A stretch of DNA of 64,000 nt, from the NCBI GenBank assembly GCA_041393395.1, contig JAWKKG010000002.1, positions 124,468 through 188,467 of the forward strand, in the 5' to 3' direction. The DNA is from a bacterium. Lineage in GTDB: Bacteria; ARS69. Below the pieces are notes generated by a model, which saw nothing but the letters and a program-made list of their open reading frames with translations, was not told the origin of the DNA and did not search any database. Both the position numbers and the translations under genes were made by a program. Positions 1 through 8,750 of this stretch are shown one piece after another (the first letter of the stretch is position 1; each line of letters starts with the position of its first letter).

Positions 1-455
1 TCGATGCGCTCACGCTCGGCACCACCCTGCAGTACGTGCTGCCGCGCATGGGGTGGGTCGAGCCGTACGTCGCAGGCGGACTCTCGCTCACGTCGCAATC
101 GAACGACTTCTTCGTGTTCCGCCCGGACGTCTACGAGGTGCAGCCGAGCAACCCCGATCAATTCGCGCTGGCGAGCTGGAAGCGCTTCGACGCCGGCCCG
201 CGCGTGGGCATCGGCTTCGATCTCCAGCTCGGCACCCGCGCGTTCCCGTTCCTGGAGTACCGGCACCTGTTCGGCAAGGTCGGGATCTCCGCCCAGGACG
301 TGAAGATCGGCCCGCTGAGTCTCGCGTCGCTGGGGCTCGACGTGGACGACGTGCAGACGCTGCCCGACGACCCCGAGGTGGGAGGTCGTCCGTTCTCGCA
401 CGAGTACGACTGGGGCGGGCCCGAGGTGGTCGTCGGATTGAAGATCCTGTTCTGA
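1..455 (+). CDS. C-terminal part of an outer-membrane beta-barrel-like protein; the 5' end lies outside the window
   Basis: The ORF is open to the window edge in frame 3. It has alternating hydrophobic beta-strand-like residues and ends ...GLKILF with a terminal Phe, the typical OMP C-terminal signature. No start codon is in the window. Confidence 0.5.
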   Translation, partial: DALTLGTTLQYVLPRMGWVEPYVAGGLSLTSQSNDFFVFRPDVYEVQPSNPDQFALASWKRFDAGPRVGIGFDLQLGTRAFPFLEYRHLFGKVGISAQDVKIGPLSLASLGLDVDDVQTLPDDPEVGGRPFSHEYDWGGPEVVVGLKILF

Positions 456-528
456 TCGGCTAGACTCGCTCGCGCTCCGCGACGTCCCCCGCTCGTCGCC
501 CCTTCCCGGACCCTCCGGAGGCCGAACC

Positions 529-1188
529 ATGGAGATCCAGTACCTGGGGCACTCCGCGTTCGCGGTGCGGCTCGGCTCGGGCCGTCGGCTCGCGGTCGAC
601 CCGTTCCTGACCGGCAATCCGAAGGCGGCCGCGACGCCGGCCGACCTCGAGGACTGCGACACGGTGCTCGTCACGCACGACCACGGCGACCATGTCGGCG
701 ACGCGTTCCCGCTGTGCAAGAAGACCGGCGCCACGCTGGTGGCGATGTTCGAGGTGGCCGAGAACGCGGCGGCCGAGGGCGTGAAGGCCGAGCCCATGGG
801 AGTCGGCGGCGCGATCGCGCTCGGCGACGTCGTGGTGAACATGGTCAACGCCCAGCACTCCGCCGCCAGCGGCCACGCGGCCGGCTTCGTGCTCGAGGCG
901 GAGGGCCGCAATCTGTACTTCTCGGGGGATACGGGGCTGTTCGGGGACATGCGCCTGATCGGCGAGATCTGGCCTCTGGACCTCGCGGTGCTCCCGGTGG
1001 GGGACCGGTTCACGATGGGACCGAAGCTCGCGGCCCGCGCGGTGGAGTTCCTCGGACCGGAACACGTGATACCCTGTCACTACGGAACGTTCTCCCTGCT
1101 CCGACCCGACGCGAGCGAGTTCGTGACACGGGTCGGGAACCGAGCGAAGGTGCACGCCCTGACCCCAGGGGAGTCCCTGTCCCTTTGA
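529..1188 (+). CDS. UPF0173-type metal-dependent hydrolase (metallo-beta-lactamase fold)
   Basis: 219 aa; GGAGG Shine-Dalgarno 7 nt upstream of the ATG. Carries the THDHGDH zinc-binding motif (HxHxDH) and the overall MBL-fold pattern. Confidence 0.8.
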   Translation: MEIQYLGHSAFAVRLGSGRRLAVDPFLTGNPKAAATPADLEDCDTVLVTHDHGDHVGDAFPLCKKTGATLVAMFEVAENAAAEGVKAEPMGVGGAIALGDVVVNMVNAQHSAASGHAAGFVLEAEGRNLYFSGDTGLFGDMRLIGEIWPLDLAVLPVGDRFTMGPKLAARAVEFLGPEHVIPCHYGTFSLLRPDASEFVTRVGNRAKVHALTPGESLSL

Positions 1189-1211
1189 CCCCGTCCCCGC
1201 GGAAGTTCTCG

Positions 1212-2987
1212 ATGTCCGGATTCCTGCACCGCGCCCTCGTCTGCGGAGTGGCGGCCCTCGGCCTCGCGACTCCGGCCGAGGCGGCCATCCGTCGCGTCCC
1301 GACCGACTTCGTGACCCTGTTCCAGGCGATCTTCGAATCCGCGCCGGGAGATACGGTCCAGGTCGTGGGGAACGGCGGCGCGACCTTCCATCACGCGCAG
1401 CTCACGTTCGACAAGGACCTCACGATCCAGGGGGGATGGCGCGCGGATTTCGCGGTGCGCGACCCCGAGGTCTACGTGACGGTCGTTCGCGACACGACGA
1501 ATCTGTACAACAAGGCCCTGTTCCTCGTGGAGGGCTCACCCCGCCTGGTGTTCGACGGCATCCAGATCATCGGTGGTCAGATCGGGATCCGCTCGGAGGG
1601 CGGCGCGGACATCACCCTGCGCGACTGCACGATCCGGAGTCAGCGCAACGGCGCCGTGCCGAACACGCCGATCGGGCCGGCGGGCGGCGGCATCCGCATG
1701 GTGGGCGGCACGTTGCGGATCGAGAACACGCGGATCCAGAACATCGTCACCCGCACGGAAGGGGCGGGCATGGTGCTCGACGGCGTGTCCAGCTTCTCGG
1801 CGACGGGCCTGCAACTGGACAACGTGACGGCGGCCCGGCTCACCGGCGGTTCGAACGGCGGCGGGATCTGGGCGAGCGGCGTGCAGGACATCCTGATCGA
1901 GAACAGCACGCTGGAGAGTTGCTCGAGCGTCGCCGACGGCGGACTGCTGTTCGTCACCGGCGGCCCGGCGCTGTTGCGAGGATGCACGCTGCGGAACGGA
2001 CTCGCCTCGAGCGACGGTGGCGCGCTGGCGCTCGTCGAGGCCGGCGACGTGACGCTCGAGAACTGCGTGATGGAAGGCAATCGCGGTTTCTTCGGTGGCG
2101 GGATCCGCGCGGATGACTCGTCCCTGCTCACGCTGCGGGGATGCCGGATCGCGGAGAACGTCGCGCCGAACGAGGGGGCGGGTCTGTACCTGCACCGCAC
2201 CCCGTTCGAGTTCGAGAACTGCGAGTTCGAGGCGAACATCCGTCTCATCACGCCGCAGACGATCGTGGCCGAGGGGGCCTCGGCGCGCGTCATCGAATGC
2301 GACGGCTCCGTGACCGGAACGACGTTCACGAACGAGCGCTCCTCCGGGCGCGGCGGGAGCTGGTCGCAGATCGGCGGACTCGTCTCGTTCGACGGGTGCC
2401 GGTTCGAGAACTGCGAGTCCGGTGTGTTCGGAGGCGCGATCCAGATCGAGCTCGGCGGCGAGATCCAGGTGAGGAACTCCCTGTTCCACGGCAATCGCTC
2501 CAAGTTCGGCGGTTCGATCGCGACCTCGTTCACCGCCACCGTGAACATCGATCGGTCGACGTTCGTCGGCGACATCGCGGGGAGCGGTGGGGCGTCGGTG
2601 TACCTCGACACCGCCGCGATCGTGCGGTTCACGAACTCGCTCGCGTGCCTTGCGACGCGCGGGGACGTCATCTACTGCTCCGCGGCCACCCTGGAGGTCG
2701 ACCACTCCAACGTGTGGAACGACGATGCGGTAAACCAGCGCGAGGAGTACGGAGGCGCCTGCGGCGATCCCACCGGGACGAACGGCAACCTCGCGGTGAA
2801 CCCGGGTTTCTGCGTCCCCGCCGCGCCGGACTGGAGGCTGTCGGCCTCGTCGCCGCTGGTCGGGGCGGCCGCCGACGGGGGGGACATCGGCTGGTCCGGG
2901 GTCGGGTGCCCGGCGGCGGATCCGCTGTCGCTGGAGCCGACTTCCTGGGGGCGCCTGAAGGCGTCCTTCCGCCAGGGCGAACGCTAG
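1212..2987 (+). CDS. Secreted right-handed parallel beta-helix repeat protein (pectin-lyase fold) with the short C-terminal tag ...EPTSWGRLKASFR
   Basis: ATG at 1212 lies in frame inside the 714..2987 ORF; the upstream part of that ORF overlaps the hydrolase gene and is rejected. Signal peptide MSGFLHRALVCGVAALGLATPAEA. Repeated GG[AG]I/beta-helix turns and N-x-x-G motifs. The C-terminal module NVWNDD...NPGFC...SP...SWGRLKASFR is shared with the paralogs at 57209, 59238 and 43692. Confidence 0.75.
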   Translation: MSGFLHRALVCGVAALGLATPAEAAIRRVPTDFVTLFQAIFESAPGDTVQVVGNGGATFHHAQLTFDKDLTIQGGWRADFAVRDPEVYVTVVRDTTNLYNKALFLVEGSPRLVFDGIQIIGGQIGIRSEGGADITLRDCTIRSQRNGAVPNTPIGPAGGGIRMVGGTLRIENTRIQNIVTRTEGAGMVLDGVSSFSATGLQLDNVTAARLTGGSNGGGIWASGVQDILIENSTLESCSSVADGGLLFVTGGPALLRGCTLRNGLASSDGGALALVEAGDVTLENCVMEGNRGFFGGGIRADDSSLLTLRGCRIAENVAPNEGAGLYLHRTPFEFENCEFEANIRLITPQTIVAEGASARVIECDGSVTGTTFTNERSSGRGGSWSQIGGLVSFDGCRFENCESGVFGGAIQIELGGEIQVRNSLFHGNRSKFGGSIATSFTATVNIDRSTFVGDIAGSGGASVYLDTAAIVRFTNSLACLATRGDVIYCSAATLEVDHSNVWNDDAVNQREEYGGACGDPTGTNGNLAVNPGFCVPAAPDWRLSASSPLVGAAADGGDIGWSGVGCPAADPLSLEPTSWGRLKASFRQGER

Positions 2988-3381
2988 AATTCCCTTCGTT
3001 TTCCTGGACTTCACCGGATCTTCCGCGTCGCCGCGGCCCGGCTCGTTTGACTCGCGACGTCGCGGATTGCTAGACTGATCCCTCGTTCGGAGCGTGAGCT
3101 GCCCCCACGCACGAATCGATGGACCCTGATCGAGCAGCCCCAAACGACACCCTTTCGGCCCTGGTCCGGTCGGACGAGACCGACTCACTGAACCGAAGAA
3201 CATCCGATCGTCTGCCCGCTGGTCCTGCACCGGGGATTCTGTCATCGATGTCCTGCGATCCGAACGGGGCGCGACCCCGACCGGCCAACCCTTCGCTCCT
3301 CAGCTCGCACTGGGCCGTTTCACGCCCTGCCCGGCTCCTCGGTCCGATCCACGCACTTCCCAATCCCAAGAGGTGATCTCG

Positions 3382-6300
3382 ATGTCGATTCGCGTGCTCG
3401 CGAATGACGGGGCTCGTGCGCGTGTGTTTGCGCCATTGCGCTTCCTGCTGGTGGTCCTGGCATTGCTTGTGCCGGTCGGCGCCTCCGCGTCCGTCCTGAC
3501 CGCCCGCCTGCAGTTCGACGAGGCCGACCTGCGACTGGTCGACCAGAACGGAGCGCTCCGGGTGGCGCTCGTCGGCGAGACCGAGGTCGGCGGCGGGGAG
3601 GATGCGCCGTTGCCGATGGCGGTTCGGAGCTTCTACGTGCCCGCCGGCTACGAAGTGCGCGACGTCCGGGTCACTCCGGTCGATCGCGTGGAGGTCGCGC
3701 GCGCGGCGCGTCTCGTGCGGGAAGTCGCGCTCGACCCGGCGTCCGGTCGTCGTCCGTTCCCCGCGCCGGCGGTGGCGGGCGAGGGAGACCTGCATCCGGC
3801 GCGCACCGCGGTGACGCTCGGCGGCGGCGATCTCGGCGGTCATCGCGTGGAGTCGGTCGCCGTGTTCCCGGTGACCTGGAATCGCGCCACCGGCGCGCTG
3901 AGTCTCGCGCGGACCGTCGATCTCGAGCTCGAGCTCGCTCCGGTCGCGGCGCACGCGGAAGACCTCGTGGCGCTCCGTCCCGCGCCCGAGCGAGATCGTC
4001 TGTTCCTGGAGGCCGTGCGCGGCATGGTCTCGAATCCGGCCGACGTTCCGTTCGAGACGGACGAGCCGGCTCTGTCCCTGCCGGGCGGCTTCGCGCCGAC
4101 GGACCTTCCGAGCGTCGAGGGAAGCGGCGTGCAGATGGTCATCGTCACGACGGACGCGCTCGCGGCGGAGTTCCAGGGGCTCGCGGACTGGAAGACCAAG
4201 AAGGGTGTTCCGACCGTCATCCGTACGGTCGAGTGGATCGACGCGAACTACCCGGCCGGCCATGACGGCGCCGAGCGCGTCCGCATGTTCCTGAAGGACG
4301 CCTGGTCGAAGTGGGGCATCGGGATCGCGCTGCTCGGCGGCGACCACGACGTGGTGCCGATCCGGTTCGCGTGGAGCCGCTTCTTCTTCGGCGGCACCGG
4401 CGTGCCGACCGACCAGTACTACGCCTGCCTTTCGGGCGACTGGAACGCCGACGGCGACCAGTACTACGGCGAAGGCACGTACCAGCTCGACCCCGGAGAT
4501 CAGGTCGATCTGTACCCGGACCTCGTCGTCGGACGCGCGAGCGTGGAGAACGCGACCGAGGCGGCGACGTTCCGGACGAAGTCCCTCACGTACGAGAAGA
4601 ACCCGCCCGCGGGATACGTGGAAAAGGTCTGCTACCTCGCGGAGGTGCTGTTCCCGGACACGTGGGAGTACGGCGATCCGCCGGGCAACATCACGCTCGA
4701 CGGCAAGACGCTGACGGACGCGTTCGATCTGCATCTGCCCGTCGGCTGGACGCGTACGAAGTGCTACCAGTCGGACAACAATCTGGACCGGGCGCACGCG
4801 CTCACCCAGCTCTCCACCGGTCACCACCACCTGATGACGCTGATGAACCACGGCGACGCGTTCAAGTTCTCGGTCGGCAACGGCCTGAACCCGCTCATCT
4901 TCGTGGCGGACACGAACACGCTGACGAACGGCGATTACCTGATGTTCGTGATGGCGACCGCGTGCAATCCGAACCAGCTCGATCTGGAATGCCAGGGCGA
5001 GTCGTTCATGAACAACCCGACCGGCGGCGCCGTGGCGGTCATGGGACCCACGCGGGAAGACTTCCCGCTCTCGGCGTCGGACTACCACGAGTCGATGCTC
5101 GACCTCGCGTTCCGGGTGGGGATCACGGGATTCGGCGCGATGAACCAGCTGCACCGCGTGCCGTTCATCCCGATCGCCCAGACCGAGTCCACGCCCGACC
5201 GGTGGACGATGATGACGAAGATGCTCCTCGGCGATCCGGAGATCCGCTTCTGGACCGAGGAGCCGAAGGCGATGCAGGTCACCCATGTGCCGAGCGTGGC
5301 GCTGGGAACCCCCTCGATCACGGTGCACGTCGCGCAAACCGGGACGCCGATTCCGAACACGCTCGTGTGTATCAGCGATGCGAACGGGACCTATGCGCGC
5401 GGTCGTACGAACGCGGCCGGCGACGTGACGCTCGCGATCACGAGTTCTGCTACCGGCACGGTTTCGGTGGCGGCCACCGCGAAGAACTACCGCCCGAAGG
5501 AGAGCACGTTCTCGCTCACGGCGGCGGCCGGCGCGCAGCTCGCGCTCACGGGCGCCGTGCTGGACGATGACGCGATCGCGCCCTCTTCGGGGAACGGCGA
5601 TGGCGTCGTCGACGCCGGGGAGACGATCGAGGCGAACCTGTCGGTCAAGAACGCCGGCACCGTCACGGCGAACAGCGTCACGGCGACGGCGTCGATCGCC
5701 GCGGGCAGCAGCGCCACGTTCAACCTGCAGTACGCGGGCGTGGCCGATCCGTCGCGGGTGTTCGTGGGACCGGATGCGGTGAACCCTGCCGCGATTCCGT
5801 TCACCCTGAACTTCGCCGCGCCGAGCATCGACTACATCGGTCGCCCGAACATGAGCTTCGCGGCCGACTCGCTGTCCGACGCCGGCGTGTACCTCTGGCA
5901 GGACGACGAGGGCTGGCATCTCCGCTGGAGCACGGCCGGCGATTCCTCCGCGGTCACCGGCACGGTGACGACGGACGGGAAGATCCGCGCGACGCACACG
6001 CCGTTGCTCGAGGCCACGCTGGACTCCAGCAGCCTCAACGGCCCGGCGACCGTGCTGACGTTCGCGGGCACGACCACGGAGTCCGATCTCGTGGACGGCG
6101 TGGACTTCGCGATGTCGGACGCGTCGATGCTGACCGTGACCGGCGGCGGCAGCGCGAATCTCGGCAACATCACGGCCGGCGCCACGGCGGCCGGAACGAT
6201 CACGTTCGCGGTGTCGCCGAACGCGCGCGACGGCCAGGTCGGTTACGTGGACCTGACCTTCACGTCGACGCTCGCGAGCTGGACGGACGCGATCCCGGTC

Positions 6301-8553
6301 GTGTTCGCGGGTCCCGAGCTCGAGGCGTACGTCTTCGCGATCGACGACTCGAACAGCCCGCCGCTCTCCGGCGACGGCGACGGCATCGTCGAGGTCGGCG
6401 AGACGGTGCGACTCACGCCCACCGTGCTGAACCGAGGAACGGGCGCCGCCATCTCGGTCGATGGCGCGGCCACGGCGGCCGCCGGCATCACGTTCGTGGA
6501 CGCGGCGGATGCCTACGGCGACGTGGATCCGCTCGCTCAGACCGCCGGCACCGACGGCTACGTGTTCACCGTCACCTCGGCGGCGGGAACGTCCATCGAT
6601 CTCACGCTCACCGATTCGCTCGGTCGGACCACGGTCAAGAACATCGAGTTCGTGGCGCCGGCCGCGCCGGTGAACGTCGCGTTCGAATCCGGCTCCACGG
6701 AGATCACGGTCTCGTGGGATCCGGTCGCGGACGCGGACCTCGCCGGGTACAACGTCTACCGGAGCCCGACCTCCGGGTCCGGTCACACCCGCGTGAACTA
6801 CGAGCTGCTGCGTACGGGCTCGCGCTACGTCGACGAGGGCCTCGCGCTCGGGTCGATCCAGTTCTACTACCTGACGGCGGTGGACTCGTCCGGCAACGAG
6901 AGTCCGGCGTCGGCGGAGATCGAGGCGTGGACCACCATCCCGCAGGTCGGTGGCTTCCCGAAGGATGCGAACAGCAACGTGTTCAGCGGCATGACCATGG
7001 CCGACGCGGACAACGACGGCGACGGCCTCGAGCTGTTCGTGGGCTCGCAGGACTTCCGCATGTACGCGTGGGAAGACGACGGCTCGGACGTGGCCACCGA
7101 CTGGCCGGTCGCGGCGAACGCCGCGGTCTGGGCCACGCCGGCGCTCGGGGACCTCGACGGCGACAACCTGCTCGAGGTGATGTGGGGCGCGATGGACTCG
7201 CGATTCTACGTCACGCACCACGACGGTACGCCCGCGATCGGTCCGAATCGCTGGATCTTCGACGTGCAGGGTTCGAACCAGACCATGCGCGGCGCGCCGG
7301 TCATCGCGAACGTGGATGCGGATCCGGAGTACGAGTTCCTCGTGGGCACGGACTTCGGCACGCTCTACGGCTTCGAGCACGATGGCACGCCGCTGCCGGG
7401 TGCCGACTCGCTCGGCGTGATCTACACCGCGCCGCAGACGAACGAGTTTCCGCCGCGGATCTGGGGGCCGCTTGCGGTCGGCGACCTGGACGACAACGGG
7501 ACGATGGAGATCGTGTTCACGTGCTGGAACGATCGTCTGTACGTCATCGGGGCCGACGGCACCGATCGCCCCGGTTTCCCGATCCAGCATCCCGAGGACT
7601 TCCGCAACGGTCCGTCGCTCGGCGACCTGGACAACGACGGAACGCTCGAGATCGTCGCGGGGAACATCGACAGCAAGCTGTACGTGTGGAACCACGACGG
7701 CACGTCGTATCTCACCGGCACCAACGGCGTGTTCGCCGACCTGCCGGGCGAGATCCGGAGCCAGCCGGCACTGTGCCAGCTCGACGCGGATCCGGAGCTG
7801 GAGATCGTGGTCACCTGCATGGACGGCGCGATCTACGCGTTCAATCACGACGGCTCGGGCTTCACCCAGATCGGCGGGCTGCTCGCCATGCTCGATTCGG
7901 GTGACGGCATCTCGGCGAGCCCGATCGTCGTGGACGTGGACGGCGACGGCGACATGGAGATCCTCGTCGGCCATCGCAACGGCAGCTTCTACGGCGTGCA
8001 CCACACCGGCGCGCGCGTGGCGGGGCTCCCGATCCCGACGTCGCTCCAGATCTTCTCGACGGCGGCGGCCGGCGACATCGACAACGACGGAGACGTCGAC
8101 GTCGCGTTCGCGTCCTACGACGAGAGCGTGAACGTGCTCGACTTCCCGGGCGCGTCCACACCGGAGGCGTACGAGTGGCCGACGACGGGCGGCAACGTCC
8201 GGCGCACGTCGCTGTACGGCGAGCTCGCGGACGGCGGCGCGACGGACGTCACCCCGCTGCCGGGCAGCGCCGCGGTGCAGTTCGCGCTCTCGCAGAACAC
8301 CCCGAACCCGTTCCCCGGCGGCACCTCGATCGAGTTCGCGGTGCCGAAGACGCAGCACGTCACCCTGCGGGTCTACAACGTCGAGGGGCGTCTCGTGCGC
8401 ACCCTCGTCGACGAGTCCGTGCAGGCGGGGCGTGGTCGCGTGAACTGGGACGGTCGCGACGCCCAGGGTCGGGCGCTGTCCTCGGGCGTGTACTTCTACC
8501 GCCTCGACAACGGGGAGACGTCGGTGACCCGCAAGAGCGTGCTCCTGCGGTAG
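3382..8553 (+). CDS. Very large secreted multidomain protein: gingipain-like C25 cysteine peptidase domain, FG-GAP/VCBS beta-propeller repeats, a fibronectin-III domain, and a FlgD-Ig/T9SS-type C-terminal sorting domain
   Basis: ATG at 3382 is preferred over GTG at 3373 because AAGAGG sits 9 nt upstream. Signal peptide is present. C25 motifs: GGDHDVVP, NHGDAFKF (His) and ATACNPNQ (Cys). FG-GAP-like repeats: GDLDGDNLLEV, GDLDDNGTMEIV, GDLDNDGTLEIV, VDVDGDGDMEILV, GDIDNDGDVDVAF. FN3: VSWDPVADADLAGYNVYRS...YYLTAVDSSGNES. C-terminus ...GVYFYRLDNGETSVTRKSVLLR is a typical T9SS type-A CTD ending. Confidence 0.8.
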   Translation: MSIRVLANDGARARVFAPLRFLLVVLALLVPVGASASVLTARLQFDEADLRLVDQNGALRVALVGETEVGGGEDAPLPMAVRSFYVPAGYEVRDVRVTPVDRVEVARAARLVREVALDPASGRRPFPAPAVAGEGDLHPARTAVTLGGGDLGGHRVESVAVFPVTWNRATGALSLARTVDLELELAPVAAHAEDLVALRPAPERDRLFLEAVRGMVSNPADVPFETDEPALSLPGGFAPTDLPSVEGSGVQMVIVTTDALAAEFQGLADWKTKKGVPTVIRTVEWIDANYPAGHDGAERVRMFLKDAWSKWGIGIALLGGDHDVVPIRFAWSRFFFGGTGVPTDQYYACLSGDWNADGDQYYGEGTYQLDPGDQVDLYPDLVVGRASVENATEAATFRTKSLTYEKNPPAGYVEKVCYLAEVLFPDTWEYGDPPGNITLDGKTLTDAFDLHLPVGWTRTKCYQSDNNLDRAHALTQLSTGHHHLMTLMNHGDAFKFSVGNGLNPLIFVADTNTLTNGDYLMFVMATACNPNQLDLECQGESFMNNPTGGAVAVMGPTREDFPLSASDYHESMLDLAFRVGITGFGAMNQLHRVPFIPIAQTESTPDRWTMMTKMLLGDPEIRFWTEEPKAMQVTHVPSVALGTPSITVHVAQTGTPIPNTLVCISDANGTYARGRTNAAGDVTLAITSSATGTVSVAATAKNYRPKESTFSLTAAAGAQLALTGAVLDDDAIAPSSGNGDGVVDAGETIEANLSVKNAGTVTANSVTATASIAAGSSATFNLQYAGVADPSRVFVGPDAVNPAAIPFTLNFAAPSIDYIGRPNMSFAADSLSDAGVYLWQDDEGWHLRWSTAGDSSAVTGTVTTDGKIRATHTPLLEATLDSSSLNGPATVLTFAGTTTESDLVDGVDFAMSDASMLTVTGGGSANLGNITAGATAAGTITFAVSPNARDGQVGYVDLTFTSTLASWTDAIPVVFAGPELEAYVFAIDDSNSPPLSGDGDGIVEVGETVRLTPTVLNRGTGAAISVDGAATAAAGITFVDAADAYGDVDPLAQTAGTDGYVFTVTSAAGTSIDLTLTDSLGRTTVKNIEFVAPAAPVNVAFESGSTEITVSWDPVADADLAGYNVYRSPTSGSGHTRVNYELLRTGSRYVDEGLALGSIQFYYLTAVDSSGNESPASAEIEAWTTIPQVGGFPKDANSNVFSGMTMADADNDGDGLELFVGSQDFRMYAWEDDGSDVATDWPVAANAAVWATPALGDLDGDNLLEVMWGAMDSRFYVTHHDGTPAIGPNRWIFDVQGSNQTMRGAPVIANVDADPEYEFLVGTDFGTLYGFEHDGTPLPGADSLGVIYTAPQTNEFPPRIWGPLAVGDLDDNGTMEIVFTCWNDRLYVIGADGTDRPGFPIQHPEDFRNGPSLGDLDNDGTLEIVAGNIDSKLYVWNHDGTSYLTGTNGVFADLPGEIRSQPALCQLDADPELEIVVTCMDGAIYAFNHDGSGFTQIGGLLAMLDSGDGISASPIVVDVDGDGDMEILVGHRNGSFYGVHHTGARVAGLPIPTSLQIFSTAAAGDIDNDGDVDVAFASYDESVNVLDFPGASTPEAYEWPTTGGNVRRTSLYGELADGGATDVTPLPGSAAVQFALSQNTPNPFPGGTSIEFAVPKTQHVTLRVYNVEGRLVRTLVDESVQAGRGRVNWDGRDAQGRALSSGVYFYRLDNGETSVTRKSVLLR

Positions 8554-8579
8554 CTCGATCGGCACATCGTCGAACTCCT

Positions 8580-8618
8580 GCGGGCGGGGCCTCATCCGGG
8601 CTCCGCCCGCTGCCGTTT
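8580..8618 (+). terminator. Candidate intrinsic terminator downstream of the C25 protein gene
   Basis: GCGGGCGGGGCC-TCATCC-GGGCTCCGCCCGC forms a 12-bp stem with one G-U pair, followed by TGCCGTTT. The U-tract is weak. Confidence 0.4.
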
Positions 8619-8750
8619 ACAGCGGAGAGCCAGACGGCGGGACGGGGCAGGGAGCCCGGAGGTCGGCTTCGACCTTTCGGGATTCCGGCGGACCGGCGTA
8701 CGATGCGGCGGCCGCACGACGGGCGGATCCGAGGAAGGCGAGGGAGAGCG

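Noticed and set aside
714-1211. 5' portion of the 714..2987 ORF
   Set aside because: It overlaps the UPF0173 hydrolase in another frame. The beta-helix protein has a proper signal peptide starting at the internal ATG 1212.
3119-3376. 85-aa ORF in the intergenic region upstream of the C25 gene
   Set aside because: GC3 is only about 60%, unlike real genes here at 85% or more. It has no RBS or motifs.
3070-8595. 1841-aa ORF on the minus strand, antisense to the C25 peptidase gene
   Set aside because: The product is Arg/Ala/Gly-rich and low-complexity, has no motifs, and is fully antisense to a well-supported gene. This is the typical high-GC shadow ORF.
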